Positions 57,073 to 61,810 of a stretch of 61,810 bases of DNA are shown here, piece after piece; position 1 is the first letter of the stretch; the number at the start of each line of letters is the position of its first letter. The notes under the pieces are model-generated. The model was not told where the DNA came from. It searched no databases and saw only the letters and a program-made list of their open reading frames with translations. The stretch lies in the IMG/VR virus record IMGVR_UViG_3300007734_000756, one strand, 5' to 3'. Made by a program: the position numbers and the translations under genes. Source of the DNA: an uncultured virus (IMG/VR IMGVR_UViG_3300007734_000756). Its lineage: Duplodnaviria > Heunggongvirae > Uroviricota > Caudoviricetes.

Positions 57073-57581
57073 TTGCCGCTCCTTTCAAATGCGCGGCCTC
57101 CAAAATGGAAGCTGATGATTGACGCCCAAATGATCTGGGTATCTGCATCCCAAAGGTTAGCAATCACCTCGGCAAACGGGGTTCCAAGGTGCCACGCATA
57201 CGCGGCTCCAAAGACGTTGATGAAGCACAGTAGCGCAAACATCCCGTAGGTGATTACAGGTCTTACGAGAGCGCGGGCGTTGATCACCCACCTCGATGCC
57301 CCTTCACCGATAGCAATGTCGTGAGCGTAGAGGGCTTGCTTCTCTTGGAGTGCGATCTGTTGGGTCGAGACTTCAGCGTTGATCGTCAGTTGATCCGTTC
57401 TGATCTCTTCGACCCGTGCCTGTGCCTCGAACCCTGCTTTCCTGAGTTCCAGTTCCCGCTCGATCTGCATCTGGGCGAGCTTGATCTCGTGAGCCTTGTC
57501 CGACCGGTCTTGGAAGAAGTCGAGGAGCTTAGGCAAGCCTCCAGCAAGGAAGGACAGCAGCGTAGTCAGAAGCGTAATCAT
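57069..57581 (-). CDS. Holin-like membrane protein
   Basis: N-terminal hydrophobic helix, coiled coil, VRPVITY plus two TM segments, F.FG.R end. Confidence 0.7.
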   Translation of the reverse strand: MITLLTTLLSFLAGGLPKLLDFFQDRSDKAHEIKLAQMQIERELELRKAGFEAQARVEEIRTDQLTINAEVSTQQIALQEKQALYAHDIAIGEGASRWVINARALVRPVITYGMFALLCFINVFGAAYAWHLGTPFAEVIANLWDADTQIIWASIISFHFGGRAFERSGK

Positions 57582-57652
57582 CGAGATATCTCCGCTAAGA
57601 AAACCATGAGCGCCGCTATCAGGATAAAGACGAGAGTTAACAGGTAGTTCAT
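57578..57652 (-). CDS. 24-aa single-TM micropeptide
   Basis: MNYLLTLVFILIAALMVFLAEISR; ATGA overlaps at both ends. Confidence 0.6.
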   Translation of the reverse strand: MNYLLTLVFILIAALMVFLAEISR

Positions 57653-58062
57653 TTCACCGCCGTCACTTGATCGTCACCCTTCGTGACCGTTACTCGGCCC
57701 TCAGTAACATCAACCTTCATCGGCAATTCTTTCCGGTCGAGCTTATCCAGACGTTCAATGAGTGACTTGATCACCTCAAACTCCGGCTTCTCCTGCTTAG
57801 GATTCGCCCCAGCGATACCGTTCAGCATTGAGATCAGGGCAGTTAAAGCTGCACCCAATAGACCCATGACGGCTGCGATCTTCTCGTTCTCAAGGACGAT
57901 AGAAGCGCCCACCCCGATCACTACTATGAGAGTGATATAGAACAGTCCCTGCTTGCCGATAGCTTTACCAGCTACGTCTTTAGCAGAGGATTCCGCCTCT
58001 AGTCTCTGTAGCTCTGCTTGCGCCTGAGCCTTGAGCATTTTGATCTCGTTCATTCCGGCCAC
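57649..58062 (-). CDS. Two-TM membrane protein
   Basis: Two hydrophobic helices; located in the lysis region. Confidence 0.65.
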   Translation of the reverse strand: MAGMNEIKMLKAQAQAELQRLEAESSAKDVAGKAIGKQGLFYITLIVVIGVGASIVLENEKIAAVMGLLGAALTALISMLNGIAGANPKQEKPEFEVIKSLIERLDKLDRKELPMKVDVTEGRVTVTKGDDQVTAVK

Positions 58063-58559
58063 CGATCCACCATGAACTTGATGATGTGGAAGAGAATGAT
58101 CCCGCCTGTACCGATCACAACCGCTATGAAGATGGCGTCAGAGCTGTTCTTGATGAACTTTTTCCTGCGTCTCATCTGCTCGTACACCATCTTCTCTCGC
58201 TGCTCTTTAATCCGCCGCCGCATCTGGACGAACTCGACGTACCCTTCGCGGCCCAGATGCTGAAGCTCTCCGTAGTGAAACCAGTGATAGAGAGCCTTCT
58301 CCATCTCTTTGATCTTTACCTGCGCCGCGTAAGCATCAAACGCTTCTTGGGTAGCAGACTTCGTAAAGACCAACTTCTTGAACAACGGAGGCTTCTTGTT
58401 GGCCTCTATGTTGATCCACTCTTGTAGATCAGAGACAGCAGACGCCCACTTACCCAACTGGCCGAAGACATCTTCTGCCTCTCGGCCAAGCTCAACAGCT
58501 TTTTTTAGGCCGTTAAAGACTGCCGTAGCAGTAGCCAGCAGGGTAACTGGGTCAAGCAC
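58050..58559 (-). CDS. Coiled-coil protein with a C-terminal TM helix
   Basis: MLDPVT..A.A..F...K; helical; hydrophobic C-terminus. Confidence 0.65.
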   Translation of the reverse strand: MLDPVTLLATATAVFNGLKKAVELGREAEDVFGQLGKWASAVSDLQEWINIEANKKPPLFKKLVFTKSATQEAFDAYAAQVKIKEMEKALYHWFHYGELQHLGREGYVEFVQMRRRIKEQREKMVYEQMRRRKKFIKNSSDAIFIAVVIGTGGIILFHIIKFMVDRWPE

Positions 58560-58562
58560 AAT

Positions 58563-58892
58563 TTATGCAGCCTGCGGGAGCCAAGGCAGCGGCGGGGTCA
58601 CAATCGTCGGGAATGCCTGAGCCTGAATCTGCGCCTCTACAGCCGCTTCCGTTGCAGACTGATCCACTCCATTGGCCCAGATCCAATCAAGCACTTCTTG
58701 CTTAGTGACATTCGCATACGGGATAAAGGTATCGGTCGGCGCGGGGAGAGTGCAGGTAGCATAGACCCGGCCTGAATACTCTTTACCGTCGATGACTTGG
58801 GTGTCATCACACGACCAATGAACCGTCTGAATAATATCCTGACGGTCGCCTTCTTGGGCGATGCACTGTAGACAAGAGATGTTCCAGTTCAT
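58563..58892 (-). CDS. Tail fibre-associated protein
   Basis: W.I......VHW....FIPY..VT...VL.W....PLPW; follows the fibre gene. Confidence 0.6.
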   Translation of the reverse strand: MNWNISCLQCIAQEGDRQDIIQTVHWSCDDTQVIDGKEYSGRVYATCTLPAPTDTFIPYANVTKQEVLDWIWANGVDQSATEAAVEAQIQAQAFPTIVTPPLPWLPQAA

Positions 58893-58901
58893 GTTAGCTC
58901 C

Positions 58902-60302
58902 TTACTTAGCTTCAAGGGCGGCGACTTTCGCCTCCAGTTGTTCAATCCGGGCCATTGCTTCTTGCAGGGCAACAGCGGCTTTCATCAGCAGGATAGATGA
59001 CTTGACGGTTTTAGTGGTCGTGCCAGTAGGCTGCTGCGTCTGCGTGACGTTGCCATCCTCGTCCGTCACTTCTACCGTTTCCATGTCTGGGTGTTCATCT
59101 ACCAGACCGGGAGATACTTGCTCAAGTTCTTGTGCGATTACGCCAAGCAACGCCGGAGCATCAGGATTAGCAGCAACATCAGACTTCATCCGATACTTGC
59201 GGAAGCGGATTGCTTTGATGTCATCCCATTGCGAACCCGCGTCTACGATGTCTTGTTTTAGCTTCTGATCGGAGATCGTGCCGTAAACACCGTCGTGGTT
59301 AGCAAGGTCGCCGTCAGAATAGATGTATAGCCGAGTTGTAGTGCTGTCTTCACAGGTAAAAAACCAGTTTGTATTATTATCCGGCGAAGCGGATGAAAAC
59401 TTTATAACTTGCCCGTATGGTGATGCCGACGTATTGGCAACAAATACAGTATTTACATCGGATGCACTGCTCCGCAACTCGTGATATGTGCCCCCAGCAT
59501 CTTGATACGTCCCCGCATTACTCGCCTTGAAATACCCACCCGACGTTATCCGGGCGCGTTCGGTGGCATTGGTATAAAACGCAATAGGCTCCGCACCACT
59601 TTGATATAGCCAAGCCTCACCATTTGACCGGCGAGAAACAATAAAATTGTTTGCACTGCTTGTGTGGTTAATGTAAATATCACCATTAAAACTTGCATTG
59701 TTTTGTACAAATCTTGCAAGCACACCTAAACCGAGCGTGTTCTTGACGATTAGCATCCCATCAGGATTCGTGTCCCCAATAACCAGATTCCCCAACGCAT
59801 CTAGCGTCATGGCTTGAGAAAGCGAAATCGTTCCACCAGCCGAACCTGATGCAGACGTAAAGAAGCGATGCTGTCCCTGATATTGGTTATATAGCGTCGC
59901 CTGTCCAGTTCCTATGTACTTCCAATTAGACCCATCGTAATAGCCATTAAACGAAATCCCACCATCTCCAGTTGACCCGGAAATTCCAAGGCTGTTAACT
60001 TGGATTGCCTTATAGCTACCCCAAGCACTCGGCGTCACCCCTAGACCGAGGTTGCCGGAGGAGTCGAGGCGCAACCTAGAAGTTCCACCCGTGCTGATGG
60101 CAACCGTATCTGCTGCTGGAAACCAGATTCCAGTATTGGTGTCTCCGGTTGCAACAATTGACGGGGTTGCTTCCGCTCCAGCCGCAAACGATGCGACAGT
60201 AGAAAACGCAATGTCGCGCGGCACAACGTAGGTATCGCCTGACTGTGCGGCTTGAATTTGTGGGATTGCTGTATTCAGCAAAAGGACTTCATAAGCGGCC
60301 AT
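58902..60302 (-). CDS. Tail fibre with C-terminal intramolecular chaperone (peptidase S74)
   Basis: Repeated RL.LDSSGNLG / ERARITSGG units; ISDQKLKQDI cleavage motif, LGVIAQELE, terminal coiled coil. Confidence 0.88.
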   Translation of the reverse strand: MAAYEVLLLNTAIPQIQAAQSGDTYVVPRDIAFSTVASFAAGAEATPSIVATGDTNTGIWFPAADTVAISTGGTSRLRLDSSGNLGLGVTPSAWGSYKAIQVNSLGISGSTGDGGISFNGYYDGSNWKYIGTGQATLYNQYQGQHRFFTSASGSAGGTISLSQAMTLDALGNLVIGDTNPDGMLIVKNTLGLGVLARFVQNNASFNGDIYINHTSSANNFIVSRRSNGEAWLYQSGAEPIAFYTNATERARITSGGYFKASNAGTYQDAGGTYHELRSSASDVNTVFVANTSASPYGQVIKFSSASPDNNTNWFFTCEDSTTTRLYIYSDGDLANHDGVYGTISDQKLKQDIVDAGSQWDDIKAIRFRKYRMKSDVAANPDAPALLGVIAQELEQVSPGLVDEHPDMETVEVTDEDGNVTQTQQPTGTTTKTVKSSILLMKAAVALQEAMARIEQLEAKVAALEAK

Positions 60303-60310
60303 TCTGCACC

Positions 60311-60514
60311 TCAGATCGGGTAGTATTCGGTTCCGTTGCTCGTCAGCACACTGCTGGCAACTGTGTAGTCTGTTCCGCTGCTGTTCCTAACAGGCAAGCC
60401 AATCGTGTACTCCGTTCCGTTAGACGAGTCTACAATGAACGGTGCGCCTGGAACCGGAACGTATCCACCCAACGTTCTAACGTTAGGTAGCTTGATGTTA
60501 AGTCCGAGCAACAT
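60311..60514 (-). CDS. Small structural protein
   Basis: Three S.GT(E/D)Y repeats. Confidence 0.55.
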   Translation of the reverse strand: MLLGLNIKLPNVRTLGGYVPVPGAPFIVDSSNGTEYTIGLPVRNSSGTDYTVASSVLTSNGTEYYPI

Positions 60515-60765
60515 TACAGCAGTCCGACAATATTGCTGGCAGTCGTGTTCGTTGACCAGACTCTACGCGCCATCACCGGCAGAATGACACCGGCAGGCAC
60601 GTTGTAGAAGATCACACTTCCACCACCAGTGTCGTTGATCCTGACGTTGCCAGATCCACCGATGTACAGCGCACGCACAGGCGCAGCCAGATCAGCGTCA
60701 GCAGGGGTGATCGCAATACAGTTGACCGCGCAACTGTCTGGAGTCGTGGAGAACGGAGCAGCCAT
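60514..60765 (-). CDS. Head-spike base protein-like (RcGTA Rcc01079 family)
   Basis: AITP.D.DL....RALYIG..GNV.......V.F.NVPAG.ILPV...RV..T.TTA..IVGL. Confidence 0.7.
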   Translation of the reverse strand: MAAPFSTTPDSCAVNCIAITPADADLAAPVRALYIGGSGNVRINDTGGGSVIFYNVPAGVILPVMARRVWSTNTTASNIVGLL

Positions 60766-60766
60766 G

Positions 60767-61063
60767 TTAGACCTCTACCCAAGAATTTGAACCTATCGAG
60801 GCAGTTTGCCACGATTCGCTGATCGCAACAAACGTTTGCCCAGAACTGTTTAAGACGCTCGAAAGCACAACATAACCTTGATTCGTCAGCACAGTAAATG
60901 ACACTTGATACTCGTCAGCATCACTGTCTAAAACCAGAAAACCAACGTTCGTCGGATCAATCTGCCGCCAGGTGTCAGTGGTTTCCCGAACCTCACTCCA
61001 AACACCATCAGCAACAACCAGCGAACTAAACGGGGCTTCCGAGAATGACGAAAAACCGAACAT
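60767..61063 (-). CDS. Structural protein
   Basis: MFGFSSFSEAPFSSL N-terminus and W..(I/V) repeats. Confidence 0.55.
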   Translation of the reverse strand: MFGFSSFSEAPFSSLVVADGVWSEVRETTDTWRQIDPTNVGFLVLDSDADEYQVSFTVLTNQGYVVLSSVLNSSGQTFVAISESWQTASIGSNSWVEV

Positions 61064-61810
61064 CAGTACGTCACCTCAGTTGACTCAATCCGGCAGACCC
61101 AACGAATCTGTGTAGAAATCTGTCCGGTTACTGTTACTGCAAGACAACCGTTCGTCGTGTCAGCACTCAACGATACAGACCAAGAAGACGCTCCAGCATC
61201 ACCATACGGGCTAGATATTGTTGATCCAGTCAGCGTGGTAGACGCAGCGTTTGCTCCTCGCTTGATCTGTCCGTCAAACGTCCATGACTTTGTGTTGCCG
61301 CCACCAGTGATATTGGCGATAACCGTCCCTCGGAAGTAAACCGCAGAATTGTTCGCCAGAACTAGCTGGTTGGTTGCACTTGTTGCGCTTGCGTTACTAA
61401 CTAAACGTGTTGAAGAACCAGTGGTTGTTTCTTTTGCCAGAATCAACAATCCAGTCTGACTTACGCCTGCCGAAGCAGCAATCGGATTGTTACACGCTGG
61501 GATGGCAACATAACCAACCACCCCGCGAGTTGTGCCGTAGGTTCCACCGATAACTGTAGCCCCAAGCGCATCAGCAACGTTATCTGACCCACCGGAAACC
61601 GTAGCTTTATTGGCAGAGGCAGTGTTAAACGATCCACCGCTTACGACAGAATTGTCACCAGATGCTGTATTGGTGTTGCCGCCACCGAGAACTGCGAAGC
61701 CTCCAGAAACGGTGTTGCTTTGTCCGCAACCAAGAAACGACAACCCGCCTGTTACGCTGTTCGTTAACCCGCCTGCCGCAACACTGTATGACCCTGACAC
61801 ACTGTTGTGC
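61063..61810 (-). CDS. Fibre/spike protein with beta-solenoid GGxxNxxSG repeats, 5' end beyond the window
   Basis: 15-aa repeats (S.V.GG..N.ASG) resembling YadA head repeats; frame open to the right edge. Confidence 0.7.
   Translation of the reverse strand, partial: HNSVSGSYSVAAGGLTNSVTGGLSFLGCGQSNTVSGGFAVLGGGNTNTASGDNSVVSGGSFNTASANKATVSGGSDNVADALGATVIGGTYGTTRGVVGYVAIPACNNPIAASAGVSQTGLLILAKETTTGSSTRLVSNASATSATNQLVLANNSAVYFRGTVIANITGGGNTKSWTFDGQIKRGANAASTTLTGSTISSPYGDAGASSWSVSLSADTTNGCLAVTVTGQISTQIRWVCRIESTEVTY

Noticed and set aside
1..61810. Integrase, ParA, DNA/RNA polymerase, reverse transcriptase/DGR, or stop-codon recoding
   Set aside because: No matching motifs seen; genes tile normally under the standard code

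Overview
The window is most or nearly all of a tailed dsDNA bacteriophage genome with podovirus-like architecture and no DNA polymerase, integrase or RNA polymerase gene visible. A long minus-strand virion operon runs terS, LexA-like HTH, terL, portal, GroES, scaffold, Mu-gpT-like major capsid, small basic proteins, adaptors, then tail fibre off the left edge. It resumes at the right edge with fibres, a lysis cassette, tail nozzle, ejection proteins and a 3882-aa polyvalent protein (methyltransferase, Strawberry-notch helicase, zincin, LPD38). Between these lie a GC-rich plus-strand early region (17.2-20.7 kb), a minus-strand primase/helicase/ParB block, and a plus-strand recombination and accessory region (exonuclease, ERF, SSB, many short modular ORFs). 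The most notable signals are: (1) a 16-bp palindrome GTGGCAACGTTGCCAC present 5 times perfectly plus near-copies, two inside the ParB-like gene, suggesting a phage ParB/parS-like system with a non-canonical site and no ParA; (2) an anticodon-less tRNA-like cloverleaf inserted in frame inside an accessory ORF; (3) DnaA boxes at a sharp strand-skew switch beside terS; (4) a multi-pseudoknot RNA downstream of the capsid gene, probably Mu-gpT-DE; (5) a recurrent aromatic/Met-x-x-GG motif shared by many small basic and ejection proteins. All functional calls come from motif recognition by eye; no searches were run.
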